A stretch of 64,000 bases of DNA from Octopus vulgaris (GCA_951406725.2 OX597817.1:175584001-175648000), one strand, 5' to 3'. Shown: positions 41,205 through 57,758, counted from the stretch's first letter. Notes: generated by a model from the sequence alone, not told the origin. Program-made: numbers and translations.

Positions 41205-42474
41205 AGATAGATAGATATGTTTCTTTATTAGCCACACAGGGCTGCACACAGATAGAACAAATTACAAGGTAGAGCTTTTCTTTTGAAGGTTTAAAAAAAA
41301 ATAATAAAAAATTAAAAAAATAAAAATAAAAATAAAAATTAAAAAAAATAAAATAACAAATAAAATAAAATAAAAATGGGGGGGTCGATCAAAAGGGATC
41401 GTAAAAGGAGAGAAAGAGGACAAAAAAAGGGGGGTTAAAAAAAGGGGGAGAGGAAAAAAAATTGATCAATAGGGATCGTTATCACAGAAATGTCAATATG
41501 AAGTGTAAAGGGGAGGACAGGTGAGGTTTACCCGTGGAAAGAAAAGCCTACGGAAAAGACCACGGTAACCTCGGTCAATGAAGTCACATGTTATATTTCT
41601 TTTTTTTTTTTTTTGGAAATAAGCAACTCTCTGTATTAATTTTTACGGTTCATAGAATCATAGTCAAGGTGGCTTCGTCATTCATACGTGCCATCCTTGC
41701 TACATTCACCCATCTTTTTTTAAAACATTCACTAGACAAAACTTGCCTCTCTACTCTCACTTTTTTCTTCAAGTGATACTTGAAGAAGTTGATGAGAGAT
41801 TGACCAGAGAGGAAAGTGTTTGTCTCTAATCCTTTCAGACGCGTCCACCAGATACATTCTTTCGCCATAGCCACAAGTATGATAAAAATAGCTCTTCCTT
41901 CCCGTTTGAAGGAAGGAGGCGTGACGATATTAACGATAGACTCGGCTGATAAACCGACACGTCCCACACGTGACAGCAGTCGTTCGACATAAGCCCACAG
42001 GTGGGAAATTGCTGGACACTGCACGATTGCGTGCAGAGCGGTTTCGTCGCTCTGCCCGCATCTCGGGCAGGTCGGCCCCGTGTTTCTCGAGCCATGCCTA
42101 TAGAGCTTATCCCGAACGGGTAGCGCTTCTCGGTAGCACCGCCAGGCCAGGGATCTCTGGAAGTTGTCCATAGGTCCCGGGCCGAAAGTCGTTTGAAACA
42201 GGCGGGTCAGGTATTCCTCGTCGACGCCCAGGTTTGCCCCGAGCTCGTCGTCGTACCTCCCCTTCACTAATCCCCTATAGAAAGCTTTGGTTGTGTTGAA
42301 GTCACTCAAGGTCGACCCGGGACGGCAGAGTTGCTTGAGAGCAACGCGACACTCGCGGTGCCATTCGCCCTTCTTCGGCCTCTTTTTGATCCACGACTGT
42401 AGTTCGGTCATGGAGACGAGTTGCGGGAATGCGTGCCTCACAAACGGCGACCACACCTGTTCACCGTCGTCTAC
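41205..42474 (-). mobile_element. 5'-truncated Tx1/L1-like LINE flanked by (GATA)n
   Basis: Uninterrupted ORF2 C-terminus with zf-RVT motif ([38 protein letters not shown]), stop at 41650, 3' UTR ending AATAAAGAAAC-(ATCT)n. Confidence 0.85.
41650..42474 (-). pseudogene. Tx1/L1-type ORF2 C-terminal fragment (zf-RVT)
   Basis: Part of the 361-aa ORF after its microsatellite-derived N-terminus. Confidence 0.85.
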
Positions 42475-42593
<119 letters not shown>

Positions 42594-42598
42594 CAGAC

Positions 42599-42637
<39 letters not shown>

Positions 42638-42942
42638 CAGACAGATAGACAGACAGACAGATAGACAGATAGATAGATAGACATATTACATAGATATGTA
42701 CTCACAAACATATGTACGTAAATACACACGAGCATATATATAACAAGAGTGAGAGAGACAGAGGATGGAAGAGAAAGGGAGGAGTGGAGAGAGAGAAGAG
42801 GGGAAAGAGAGGAGAGGGAAAAAGAAATAGAAAGAGAGGGAGAAACAAAAAGGGAGAGAGAAGTAGTGAGAGAGAAGCAGAGAGAGAAAGAGATTTGGTG
42901 GGAAAAAAGGAAAAATAGCGCTCAATATATAGGTGTTTGTGT

Positions 42943-43352
42943 TAAGGCGGCGATCTGGTAGAAACATTAGCACGTCGGGCGAAATGCGTAGCCGTATTTC
43001 GTCTGCTGTTACGTTCTGAGTTCAAATTCCGCCGAGATCGACTTTGCCTTTCATCCTATCGGGGTCGATTAAATAAGTACCATTGACGCACTGGGGTCGA
43101 TGTAATCAACTTAATCTGTTTGTCTGTCCTTGTTTGTCCCCTCTGTGTTTAGCCCCTTGTGGGCAATAAAGAAATAAGAATCGTAAAATACTTAGCGGCA
43201 CTTCGTCCGTCTGTATGTTCTGAGTTCAAATTCCGCCGAGGTCACCTTTGCCTTTCATCCTTTCTGGTTCGATAAAATAAATACCAGTTGAGCACGAGGG
43301 TCGACTTGCCACCTCCCCAAAACTTGCTGGCTTTCTGCCGAAAATTTGAAAT
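42943..43352 (+). mobile_element. Family A SINE plus adjacent partial copy
   Basis: TAAGGCGGCGATCTGGTAGAA head and tail CTCTGTGTTTAGCCCCTTGTGGGCAATAAAGAAATA. Confidence 0.85.
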
Positions 43353-43440
43353 CAGTATATAGGTGTGGGTGCTTATATATATTGATATGTATACACACAC
43401 ACACACACACACATACATACATATATACATATATACATAC

Positions 43441-43522
<82 letters not shown>

Positions 43523-44542
43523 GCACTCAAACAGACCCGCACATGATACCTTAGATAAATCATCTATAGCTAATCCATATTGATTACAAGAAAAACTAAA
43601 TCAAACATTGAACACAAAATAACTAAAAAAATTTTATATCTAACATAATAACGCAAGAATATTTCTGTTTTTAAGAGAGACAAGAGAAATAAATGTTTTT
43701 GGGAGAAATTTATTGCACTTTTAAGTGGTTTACGATTAAATTGTACAAATATCATTATAGAATAGAAGCCGTCATAGGGTTGGAAATCTTGCTACTCCTG
43801 CACAGTAATTAAAGAAAACTTGTATTGTTAGGTGAAAAATGCAACTTGAATACGCCGATAATAAATTAAAATAACGGTGAAGGTCGCGCGTGCGTAAGAG
43901 TGAGTGGGTGTGTGGGTGTGTGGATATCTATGTATGTAGGAATGTATGTATGGCTATGTACAATATATATATCATATACAAATGAATGTATATATATATA
44001 TATGCATATACATACAAACATATGTATATACATATGCATATACACTCAAGCGTATAATATCTATATCTATCTATCTATCTATATATATATATATATATAT
44101 ATGTACGTATTCACACACCCAGATATATTCGGAGGAGGATGTGGAGGAAGAGGACGACGACGACGATGACGACGATGATGATGGTGGTGGTGGTGGTGAC
44201 GGTGACGGTGATGGTGATGGTGGTGGTGGTGGTGATGGTGACGATGACGCTGACGACGACGATGATGAAATAGCTCAGTGTTTTGTTGAATAGATTTATT
44301 AAAATGTGTTTCGTTTTCTTTCTCCTTAAAATACAAACAGAAACTGTAGTCTTGACTGTATTTGAACAAACGTTGTTATCATTTTTGTACGAGTTGTTGC
44401 TTTTCTATTGTTAATTTACTTGATTTAGATAGATGAAGCAATAAAATGGTTCGGTAGTTCATATGTTGCCGAGTTCAACCAATGCCTTTCTACTCTCTTA
44501 GTTTCGTGAAAACATTAATAATAATAATAATAATGATAATAA

Positions 44543-45075
<533 letters not shown>

Positions 45076-45759
45076 TATTTTCTTTATTAACCATTGAAGG
45101 CTAACAAAAACATGGAGAACAGTACTGGATGAAGGATTGTGGGATTACATAGATGTGAATAAAACGTGAATAATAATAATTTGAAAATATTTTGTCACAA
45201 GTTTAACTGAATCAGATTTAAACCTAAATAAATATTTTCTTTTTCTAAAACCCTACAGATGTCTAAAATCTTATTGTAAATACTTAATTTTCTTAAGAAT
45301 CTGCATCAAAAGCCAGTGAATCTTTTTTACGATGCAAGCAATGCGTGAGAGGAGTACAATAAAGATAAATTCCTTTCAACAAATTCAAGAAATCTACTGG
45401 AATAGGAATATTCAAACTAGGATTGAGACTCATTCAAAGAATATTATTTTAAATAGAAATTATAATTGTTATATTCAATATTCTCGGAAAACACAGATCA
45501 CATTTAATCTTATTACTAATGTCGCTACGCGAATCTTCCTCGAGGTTTTAAATAGCAGATATAGTTATAAAGACATGATGAGGAAAAAATAAAACAAATA
45601 TTACATAACTAAGATGATTCGTCCTTCAACCAATCTATTGGCATGTTTCCAGAGACGTATATCAACATGGATTACAGTAGGTGACAAAAAGCTATATCTA
45701 CCCTTCATCTTTGCCCACTATTCAGGGGAATAACGTTTGAGTAGGTCCTATCAGAAGCA

Positions 45760-46060
45760 TCGGTAAATACATTTTTCGGATGGATTCCCAGGCGTGACCA
45801 ACTGAAGTTATGAATATTTTCTAACCATCTCGTTCTTGCTCTGCCCTTTTCGATTCTTTCCTACGAAATTCTTATCGCATGTTCTTAGTGCCGGAGCTAA
45901 GATCATTCGATGCAGAGAAGTAGCGGCTTACCCTGGTGATATTCTCTGATCGCCGAGCTACGCATCTCACCGAGTAACGTTACTCAAGAGACCCTCCGGA
46001 AGAAACCCATTTCAGCCACACATTCGTGATCGTTCTTTTCCGGTTATTATTCAGCATTCA
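45760..46060 (-). mobile_element. RTE-clade LINE RT C-terminal remnant
   Basis: Minus strand gives AEMGFFRRVS.VTLLGEMRSSAIRE..KPLLLCIE.S.LR, matching the RTE motif AEMxFLRRVxGxTLxDRxRSSxIRE..EPLLLxIERSQLRW. Confidence 0.7.
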
Positions 46061-46120
46061 TAGACATGATTGGAAAACTATGGATTATATATAAATCATG
46101 GATTGTATATATATGTATAT

Positions 46121-46173
<53 letters not shown>

Positions 46174-46213
46174 GCATATATACATACGTATATGTACATA
46201 CTTACATCTGTAC

Positions 46214-46260
<47 letters not shown>

Positions 46261-46402
46261 CCTTCTCGCTTAGCCAGCGGGGTGGCGTCATTTGAAGGCT
46301 AAAACAATGCGAAGCGCATTGTGACCAGCGATGTGTAGCAACATCTGATAGCCTGGTCGGTCACGGTGATCACGGTGATATATATATATATATATATATA
46401 TA

Positions 46403-46442
<40 letters not shown>

Positions 46443-46477
46443 TATGTGGGCATAGGACATCACAAAACGCGTACATC

Positions 46478-46818
46478 AAAATATTACGAAGTACGAGTAT
46501 ATGGAATATGAACTATTTTTTGAAACAACGAAAGACACAAATGGCAAACAAGACAAACAACACAAAGAACGACCCTTCATCGGTTGTTGGCTGCCTTTTT
46601 ACTCTCGTAAAATACCAAATTTTATTTAATTTGCTTTGCGGGAACGACTGTTTTATCAAACTCGTATATTGTTGTTAAATGCTCGAAATACGAGAGTAAA
46701 AAGACAGCCAACAACTGATGAAGGGTCGTTCTTTGTGTTGTTTGTCTTGTTTTCCATTTGTGTCTTTCGTTGTTTGAAAAAATAGTTCATATTCCATATA
46801 CTCGTACTTCGTAATTTT
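46478..46818. repeat. Fold-back inverted repeat near (TA)n tracts
   Basis: 46483-46609 is inverted vs 46689-46815. Isolated GAAA and CTGATGA motifs are present but do not form a full HHR. Confidence 0.75.
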
Positions 46819-46900
46819 TTGCTGTACACGTCTAGTGCCCACATATGCTTATATATATATACACATATACGTAAGTATGTACATATACGTATGCATATAT

Positions 46901-46992
<92 letters not shown>

Positions 46993-46994
46993 AA

Positions 46995-47322
46995 ATATTA
47001 GGGAATAAATCCAAACTTACAGGGAAAAATCAGATTTAGGATTGAATCCAATTTTATAGTAAAATATTATATTATATTAAATTAGAGATAAAACCACTAT
47101 TAGGCAAATCAAACAATGAAAAACTTAAGCCAATACATAAAATTAATTAATTTATATTATTTTAAATATATATCAAAAGTATTAAAAGTTTAATAAAAGA
47201 TATCTTTTATTAAACTTTTTATACTTTTGATATATATTTAAAATAATATAAATTAATTAATTTTATGTATTGGCTTAAGTTTTTCATTGTTTGATTTCCC
47301 TAATAGTGGTTTTATCTCTAAT

Positions 47323-47335
<13 letters not shown>
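46995..47335. mobile_element. (TA)n-flanked fold-back cassette, same family as 11571-12002
   Basis: Palindrome ~47075-47327 centred on AGATATCT (~47201). The left extension ATATTAGGGAAT.AATCCAAA.TTACAGGGAAAAATCAGATTTAGG matches the reverse complement of 11920-12000. Confidence 0.8.
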
Positions 47336-47366
<31 letters not shown>

Positions 47367-47617
47367 TACATTATTATATGATTGAACGCCAAGCATCCTC
47401 TTCCAAGTAATCTTTATCCTATATATATATATTTCCATGATCTTTTGATCGTTGAATCTTTTAGTCTTTTATGTATTACTGGTACATATTTGTGTAGCAC
47501 ACAGTCTTTGCATGTATATGTATTCTTATAATACTCCCTTTTGTTTTGGAATAAATAGACATAATAGAATGCCTACGGCTGATGTATGTCATTTTTGTAT
47601 CCTCTCCATTTTCCTTT

Positions 47618-47688
<71 letters not shown>

Positions 47689-47697
47689 TGGGGGGGT

Positions 47698-48135
<438 letters not shown>

Positions 48136-48199
48136 TATGTACTTTGTATGCATATGTATATGTATATATACATATATATATTGTTATATTTATATTCTG

Positions 48200-48230
<31 letters not shown>

Positions 48231-48244
48231 TATATATGTATATG

Positions 48245-48290
<46 letters not shown>

Positions 48291-49901
48291 AATATGCATG
48301 TATGTGTGTCTGTGCGCGTGTTTTTATATATACCTCTGTGTATTGATATATTGATGTATTGATATATCGATATATGCTATTTATCTTAGAGAAGAACTCT
48401 TTCACATCTTCATCGTTATGCAATCCATGCAAATAATTCATATTGCTATTTAATGATATATTTCTTACAACAGGCAAGTTATCTTCAACTTTACTTATCA
48501 GATATAGGCACAAAGGTGTGTTTCCTTGTAAGATCAGACGGTGAGGTTGACGTAACATTGATATTAAGTCGGAAAGTTTTAAATTTCTTATCTTGTCACT
48601 GTCTCTACATTGTATCTTGACCAAGACATTTATTTGATTTCCAAACAGTCTAGTCCACCTAAATGCAAACACCACAAGCTAGGAATGCCTTAGTCGGCAA
48701 TGACGATAATTAGGAGTAATGTAAATACAATTGTGGAAATGTATAAAAAACCGTGAAGTCTGTTAACCTAAATGGTGTAAACCTAAAAGAGAGGCAGTTA
48801 AATCATACTGATTTCATTGAACAGTTTACTGAACACCTCTGGCCATGAAAAGTTAACTATGGATCTCGATCGTATGAGAACTGAAGAATTGACTTCCGAA
48901 AGAAGTTGTCTCCACTTCTTGCTAATCGATTCCATTTTAAATATCTTCTTTTTATGAATACTTTCTGTGCAAGGCTTATGCCTCAACACACTGAAGTTGG
49001 CAAAACTATTTAACTTATAACCAAATAGCAAGATAAAAACAGCAACAGCTACGTTGAAACTCACTACAGGGAGTTCGTACTTTCTCTGATTGAGTCTAGA
49101 GAATTTTTGTTCCAGCTGTGAAGAAGAAGGCACCATCGGTGATTTATAGCTTATAAATCTGCTGAGTGCAAAATTTAAGATTTTGGTGAAGGCGACTGCA
49201 AAATGGTAGGCGCTTGCCGAGGGTTGTATAGTCGAGATTGAACAGACCTGAGTGATTTCTGACACATGAAAGTACTCTACGCAATATGTATTCAGTACCC
49301 AGCAGCGTCGTTTTCTCTTTGCTTCGCATAGTTGCAAGTCCCATGGTTTTTGGTAATGTACTGGTCTGCATTGAATTTTTGCATTGCCAAAGCGCACATT
49401 ATAAAAGGATTATTTCCGCTTTCAGGTCTCATACTGGGTTATCATTATTTCTAAATATTTGTATTTGGATAATTTACTACTACTACTAGTATTATTATTA
49501 TTATCATTATTCACTTTGACTTTCAGTAAGATTTCCTGCCTTCAAAAGAATGTAACTTCGCCTTTTAAAATTAATCTATCCAGATTTACTCTGATGAGTC
49601 ACAAAAAGTCTTTTGTTAGAGAAGTTTACTGCTATTGTCAGTCGTTTTGTGGCTGTTCTGTGTAAGATTCTGCGCGTTGTGATCGTAAATTTTTATCAAC
49701 CTCTCTCTCTATCTCTCTGTCTATACATATATATATTTAATACATATACATATATCTATATATATATATATATATATATGTATGTACATACACACACACA
49801 CACATACAGATACATTTACATGTATGTATGCAATTTATGTAAGTATATGTACATATTACATATATGTATATATATATATATGTATTTATACATACTTACA
49901 T

Positions 49902-49950
<49 letters not shown>

Positions 49951-50018
49951 AAAACTGACAGACAGACAGATACATACATACATACATACATACATACATA
50001 CATACATACATACATACA

Positions 50019-50051
<33 letters not shown>

Positions 50052-51467
50052 CAGGGGATGTATTTTTCAATGGCTATGTTTACTGATTTTTATAAATTAC
50101 AAATTGTATAGTTTTTCTCTTTTAACGTTTCTATTCCCCGACACGATTTCCATCGTTTAATCTCCTAAAACTTATTGTTGCTCTTACTGCTATGATTATA
50201 AACCATTCTAGTATTAAATCTAGTAGTAGTGAATATAATTTGTTTAAAATAAACAGTTATCTTTCTACAACTCAATAACCAATTTGTATATTTAAAAAAA
50301 ACCTTCAACGCCAACAATAATTATAATAGTAACTACAGAATTAATATCTGTGTTTCTCATAAAATAAAATTAATATTGTATATTAAATTTTTTATTTTAA
50401 GTCTTTTTATGTTTTTGCGTTTTACATTTACAGAAAAAATATATAACCTTTGGGAGAAATATTAAATATTTCACAAAAATTTCGCTTTTGATTATAGTTT
50501 TTGACTATAGTTACGACCATACAGGCTTTTTTCTTCAAATTTTTGACTTCGTTTTTCCTTTTTATTTATTTATTTATTTGTATTAGTATACTGCATTCTA
50601 TATTGTTCACATATTAATGAATTTACTTTTTACACTTAGTAATTATTCGAGATTATTTTCCTATAATTCGTACATTGTATTCTATTATCAAGCAAGAAAT
50701 ATTCTTATTTTTATTCCTAATATATGTGAAAGACTTAGTCATTGGGGGTGTTTTATAGAATTCAGCTTTCATCTATTATTACTATTCTCAAGAGTGGTGT
50801 ATTACTTCAAATCTTTCTCTGTTAATATCATTCAGTTTTACTATTTTCTTTATATCTTTAACCTCAACTGCTTTCATAAACAACCTCTACTCCAAAGTAC
50901 ATCAAATATCTTAGAAATTGCATTTGGTATGGAATCTTGATGCCCGTTGCTTGCTAATATATATATAAACGAAACTAGATATATGCAATCAAAAGAAGTG
51001 GTTGATGTGATTTGCTTCAGATATATATTAGACGTTTGGAATATCCCAACCTGAAGTGCAATATACCGAATACATTTATTAGTTTAAATTATGACTTGCT
51101 TCTCTCTATTTTACAGAAGAATGATTTGATATTATTCATATCTAATCAGAAACCCAATGTGAGAGTTAATGATACGAGGGCAGTGATGCCTACTAGCAAT
51201 TTTCTACCGATAGAATTTCTCCTTGGGCAACACAACGAATTCATAACCTCTTAGATGACTCCCCTCTACATATCACTAAACTAAGTTCACCTGAAGAACC
51301 CCAATTCAGTAAAAGTTAAATGATAAAACCATTTTAGCCGGTATTGAACCAGTGGTGAAATGTGGTTTAGATAAAATGTTGGCTACCACTATTAATGCCC
51401 AACGCTGTAACTTACAGACTACGTTAACATCGAACTGCTGCTGTTGCTGCTGCTGTTGCTGCTGCTG

Positions 51468-51522
<55 letters not shown>

Positions 51523-54500
51523 AGTTTTTCAATATTGTATTAATTTCTGCTTCTTCTAATTGCTGTCAATCTGACGAGGTGTATGGTGAAGCACAATGAT
51601 CATATAGAATAACTTACAAAGACGCTTTATTGACTTTATGATAAATGTGTTCCTTGCTTTAGAGATGACTTCGCACAGATTCTATGAATTAGCTTTTGAT
51701 ATAATCTTAACTATCACTAAAATAGTTTTCAAAGTTATTACATCCTAAGTTTACTTGTGTTTTAAGTTTCTCATTTGTCTTATTGCTATAAGACCAGTTT
51801 TTAAAATTCTTCTCACCTTAATGGCGATACATCCCATTCATTAGTCTTAGTAACTTCATAGTTAGAATGTCATACTTGATATCCCTACATATTTTTGTTC
51901 CTGGATCTCGGTTTTGTCGAATATTGCTTCCTGGTCAACAACATCAATGTCTGATCTTTTATTTGCTAACATTCGGCTACACTACTTGTTAAAATCTCAA
52001 GATGTACAGTTATTTTAGACACAAGCAAACGCGAGGGCCTTTATAAATGAAACTCCACCTCAAATTACTCCGCCCCTGAAAACAGTAGGACACTGTTGAA
52101 TAAAGTAGTCCTAGATACACTGTACATGAAAAAATCCGGAATGGCCATAGCTGAAAAGACTTTGATTATAAGTTCGCTCGTTCAGAGTCGAGCCGTGGCT
52201 TCAAAACAACAAACGTTCTATTTAGTTACACTTGCAGTTTAGGTATTGGACTGCATCTTTTACCCGGTTCAACGCCATCATCTTCAGTGTCTTTAGCGGC
52301 GTATCCTCTGCAAACATTCGGTGGAGTTCTCCGGTCTGAAGGCTACTTTCCCCGCCACATTTACCAGACGACCTTTTATTTGTGTTGCACTTTACCTTTT
52401 GACTAAACGATTGAAATAAAGTAACTGTGTTCATATATCTTTTACTGTCTCTTTCCTAAGTCATATTTCCCACAAAATTTCCAAGCATTGATACTAAACA
52501 AGTTCAAATGAGGTACACAATAAAGTATCGCTCTCTCCTATGTGAGACGGTGCTGCTACTTCGCACACAGACAACCTCGACAGTATTTCATAAAAAAAAC
52601 ACCCGACTGATTGGTATAAAGCCACTCACAGACGACTTACTGCAACCTCCGGTCCACAGGCATGTTGTCTTCTCTCTGCCTTTTCTACAGCTTCTAGAAT
52701 GGCGTCAGCTCTTTGGACCTGACTGAGCTCATCGTCACCTACACTTAAGCATTTCTATTTCTCTCTCATTTCTCTTCTCATCACTTTTTGTGTGTCCTAC
52801 CCCTCCTGAGGCCCCGCACTAATCACTATGCCCGATTCTTCCTTCCAAGAACATCGGCTCTCTGAAATTCCAGTTCTCTCTTTCTTTAAATCTTTTTCAT
52901 GAATGCTGAAGAACATTAGCAGCATCAATCTACTCGGCCCAGGAAGGCCTGCGAAAGCTATGGTCACTACTTCCTTCAGACATACCAAGTAAAAAGCAAA
53001 ATCTAACAAAAAAAAAACACCTTCACATAATGATAGTAAAAACAACGACGAAAGTAAAACACAAAAATTAATGAATTTTAGACGCTATCCGCGCTCAGGA
53101 TTAACACTAATACCTTCTCCTTGGTTGACTGCAATCCTGCTGCGAGCATTGGGCAACAGGATGATAGCTTTGTACACCCATCACCATTTTCATAGGCCCT
53201 GAAAAACTAAGAGGTTATGGATGCTACCCTTTGCTCTTTAACTAAACAAAATAAAGCAAAAGACAAAACAAACAAAACAAATAACAACATGCCAATGTGT
53301 TTTACGTTTATTGTCTGCAAATGCTTTGTAGACAATAGTTATTACAAAAAAAGAAAGGTAGTGAAATTACATGTGTAACGTTTGTGTATATATTTTACCT
53401 TTTTATTCTTTTACTTGCTTCAGTCAGTTGACTGGAGCACAACCTTGAAGGTCTTTAGTCGAACAAATCAACCACAGGACTTTTATTAAAGCCTAGTTCT
53501 TACTCTATTGGTCTCTGCAGCATTTCACCCGTCCGAGTTCAAAATCCTTCGACTAGCCTCCTTATCCTTAAATTTCGGGCCTTGTGCCTATAATAAAAGC
53601 TAATATTACGACTGTTGTTATTGCCATGTGTAATTAAAGTAGTTTTTATTCTGTTACTGTTGTTCTTGTAGTTGTTGCTGCTGCTGTAGTTGTTACCATT
53701 ACTGTTGGTGTTCATGTTTAACCCTCGATCAGCCCAAACCAAAAAGACATATAATGAAATGCGTGACCACACCGTCGAATGTGTTGTTTGTTCCTCGTCA
53801 ACGAACATTCAACACCATAATATCCATCGTGTTCCTTTTCATTATGATTCGAAGGAGATTTGGCTGCTAATTTAAGCAGGCAGAGCAACCGCATAGAATC
53901 TTCCAGGGCGATGATGTGGCTGCAAAGGCATTGTAATGGAATAAATGCTTTTCAGTATTTTGGTTTCGTCAGTTTCCTCTTCTGCCATTATTATATCGTG
54001 CAGAGGTCGACCTCACAGGTCAACACTCGAGGTTCGACAAAACAAATTACTACTGGAGAGTGACTCAGTCAAACGCATTCTTCCCGTTGCAATATATTGT
54101 GATCTTGTGTAAATGTAAGAGAATATGACTCAAAATTCCACCCGTTTTAAGAGTGGATGGAGGATATAAGCCCCAGAAACGGTAATAATCCTATGAGAAG
54201 TATCCAACACGTATATTATCAGTTTTGAAAAGCATCATGACTGACAGAGGTGGCGAGAAGAAGAGTTGAAATATTCCTTCATTCTTCGACAAGCGATCCA
54301 CATATAAAAATGACTGGAAAAACTAATTGAGTCAACACCATTCTCGATTGTTTTAGCGAGTTTCTTTTCTGCCTTACAAAGATAACGAGGTGAACAAATA
54401 CTTTAAAAGAAAAGTTGATTTAGTAGCAGTTGTATCATTTTCTCTGGAGATTGGTTAAATATTGATACGTCAATCGTTAATATAAGAAGGTAAAAAAAAT

Positions 54501-54693
54501 AGATATTGTTTGTTTTCTGTGTGCTTCATTGATATAAGATGGCCGCAAGTACTTCTGCGCAGATTGTTATACAACGGAGTCGTGCTTGGAAATTATGTGA
54601 CACTTCAAGTCCTCAATTTTGCCTGATTAGTAGAGACTACTGATTGTTAAACAGGAACACGCGCTGTTGGTTGATTATATACACTTGTACACA

Positions 54694-54750
<57 letters not shown>

Positions 54751-54841
54751 ATACATCTATATACATACATAAAGGCACATACGCACGAACACACACACGC
54801 AAATGCATATATATATATATGTGTGTGTGTGTGTATGTATA

Positions 54842-56132
54842 CGAGGGGCGTTCAATAAGTAATGCCTCTGACCCACTTGCAGTTGTTTGATCTAGCTGAG
54901 ATTTTGCATGTGCAATTATTTATATCTCTATAGATTAAGTGGCAAATTACAGCTCTGAAATAATTGTGGTTTCTGATTTACAGGTGTTTGAGCTGAGTCA
55001 AGTGTGAAATGGAGCCTGTTGAGTGTCGAGCAGTGATTCGGTTTTTGTATTTGAAAGGACGCACACCACAGGAGACTTTTGATGAAATGAAAGTAACTTA
55101 TGGTGATGATGCCCCATCATATGACCTTGTAAAACGCTGGCATCGTGAATTCAAACATGGTCGGAACTCTGTGGAAACAGCTCCCAGATCTGGTCGCCCC
55201 CTTCTGCCATTGATGAGGCATCTGTCCGTCAAGTTGAGGCTGCCATTTTGGAAGATCGATGCATAACTATTCGCCAAATAGCCCATGAGGTCAAGATTAG
55301 TACCGGGTCTGTGGAAACTATCATTCATGACCATTTGCATATGAAAAAGGTGTCTGCCAGATGGATTCCCAGGTTGCTCACACCTTTCCAGAAGCAAGAA
55401 CGTGTCGATTGCTCGAGGATGAATTTGGAGATGTGCCAAGAAGATGAGTCAAAATTTTTCAAAAGACTGATTACACAGGATGAAACCTGGGTTCATCACT
55501 ATGATCCAGAGTCCAAAGCCCAGTCAATGCAGTGGAAGCACCGTGACTCACCTCCTCGATAGAAGGCAAGGGTGCAGCCCTCCGCTGACAAGGTCAGGCT
55601 CACAGTCTTCTGGGACCAGGACGGAGTAGTGATGACAGATTTCCTGGCAAAGGGTGTCACAATTACAGGAGTCTATTATGCTTCACTTTTGAGGAAATTA
55701 TGAGAAGCTATCAAAATCAAGAGGTGGGGCAAGATCAGCAAAGGCATCCTCCTCCTGCAGGACAACGCTCCGGTCCACAACTTGCATGTCGCCAGATCAG
55801 AAGCACAGGCGTGCTGCTATGAACTCCTCCCCCATCCCCCTACTCTCCTGACCTTGCACCCTCTGATTTTCACCTCTTCCCAGCAATGAAGTTGTTTTTG
55901 AAAGGAAAGCATTTCACAGATGATGCAGCCTTGATTTCTGAGGTCACGTCGTGGTTGGAGGACCAAGCTGGGGTCTTCTACAAAAATGGTCTTCAGAGCT
56001 GCATCAAACGATGGAAGAAATGCGTAACTCTGGGTGGTTCCTATGTAGGAAAAGACTAATAACTGTGCCAAGTTTCGTTGCTCTACTGCTATGGGAAGTG
56101 GGCCAGGGGCATTACTTATTGAACGCCCCTCG
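54842..56132 (+). mobile_element. Mariner DNA transposon, full length (~1.29 kb)
   Basis: TIRs TA-CGAGGGGCGTTCAATAAGTAATGCC / GGCATTACTTATTGAACGCCCCTCG-TA. Confidence 0.95.
55009..56059 (+). pseudogene. Mariner DD34D transposase pseudogene
   Basis: MEPVECRAVIRFL..RSGRP, frameshift, ARWIPRLL, ITQDETWVHHY, stop at 55560, LQDNAPVH, PYSPDLAPSDFHLF. Confidence 0.93.
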
Positions 56133-56237
56133 TATATGCATGTATGTATGTATGTATGTATGTATGTATGTATGTATGTATGTATGTATGGCAGCGTGCG
56201 CGTACGTGTGAGTGGATATGTATTTGTATATGTGTGC

Positions 56238-56284
<47 letters not shown>

Positions 56285-56673
56285 CTTATGTATATCTGTC
56301 TGTCTACATCTATATCTATCTATTTGTCTATCTCTCTTCCTCTCTCTCAAGAATTTATTGGAGGCTACGCACAAACATAAATATTTATTTGCTTGGTTCT
56401 TTAACAATTCAATAAATCAACATTAATATATATTTAATTTGAATATACATTTATTAATTTAATAACTTTATATATAAATATCAATTTTTGATTGTTTAAA
56501 ACCCTGAGACCTTTCATTTCATAGCAGTTTACTAGGTCCTTCTAACTATACATGTACAAGCCTATGTATGCATGTATGTATGTAGGTATGTATGTATGTA
56601 TGTATGTACGTATGTATGTATGTATGTATGTATGTATGTATGTATGTATGTATCTATCTATCTATCTACCTAC

Positions 56674-56704
<31 letters not shown>

Positions 56705-56705
56705 C

Positions 56706-56780
<75 letters not shown>

Positions 56781-56785
56781 CCTAC

Positions 56786-56816
<31 letters not shown>

Positions 56817-56821
56817 CCTAC

Positions 56822-56853
<32 letters not shown>

Positions 56854-57758
56854 ATTTCTTTGTGCGGGCTTGTGCGATATTTGAATTCATTTTGCAACAG
56901 TACATGGTTAAATACCACAAGGTATTTTAATTATCACTTTAATTATTCTAACTTCAGTTACTCTCAATAAAGCACGAAAATGATAAGATTAGCTGAATAT
57001 CTGAAAATGCATTTAGACGATGGTTTGACCAGTGGCCACTATGATTTCATTCGCCCAAAGATACTGTCTTTTAAGGCTACATGCTGTACTATAATTGCTA
57101 TAAATTTGAATTGCATCAGAAGGATTATACTTTCAGCCAAATGCATGAGAGATCTGGGTGGGGACAGTGAAATGAAATAATATTTAAGAAAAAGAAAAAC
57201 AGAGAATCTCACAGAACCAAGATAAAATGTACAAATAGTTAAGGGTAGGAAAGCATCGCGTCTTTTAAAGAACGTTAATATATAATTGGGATCATACCAA
57301 TTCATAGCAAAAGAAAATTATCTAAGTTTTCAGACTAAGGCTTAGCTGAACTGGAAGGTTTATTGAGAAGCTAAATATTACTGAAATAGATTGAAAATCG
57401 GTATAAATGTACTCGATCATTCCACCAAAATGTGTGGCCTTGTGCAAAAGATAAAATCCTTAATATAATTACAAATTGGAGTGTAGATAATATTTGTCAA
57501 AAACCGAATGAAGTAAGATATAATCAAAAGATATACATATATGAAATAACACGTGTATATCTGACTCTCTATATAGGCATTATGGTGGTTTATATATAAA
57601 AATATGTATAGCAAATTAATAAGAATATTCAAAAATCTTTAATTTCAGAATCCTATGTCTAAGGCGTTTCTATACTGAAATAACACACACGCACACACGT
57701 GCACGCGCGCGTGTGTATTTATATATAACCATATACATAAATATATATTATATATACC

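Noticed and set aside
46680-46730. GAAA..CTGATGA as a permuted HHR
   Set aside because: Stems I and III could not be formed
52222-52434. Exon-like stretch sharing the 14-mer TCTCCGGTCTGAAG with ~62331
   Set aside because: The match is too short and has no recognisable homology, so chance cannot be excluded
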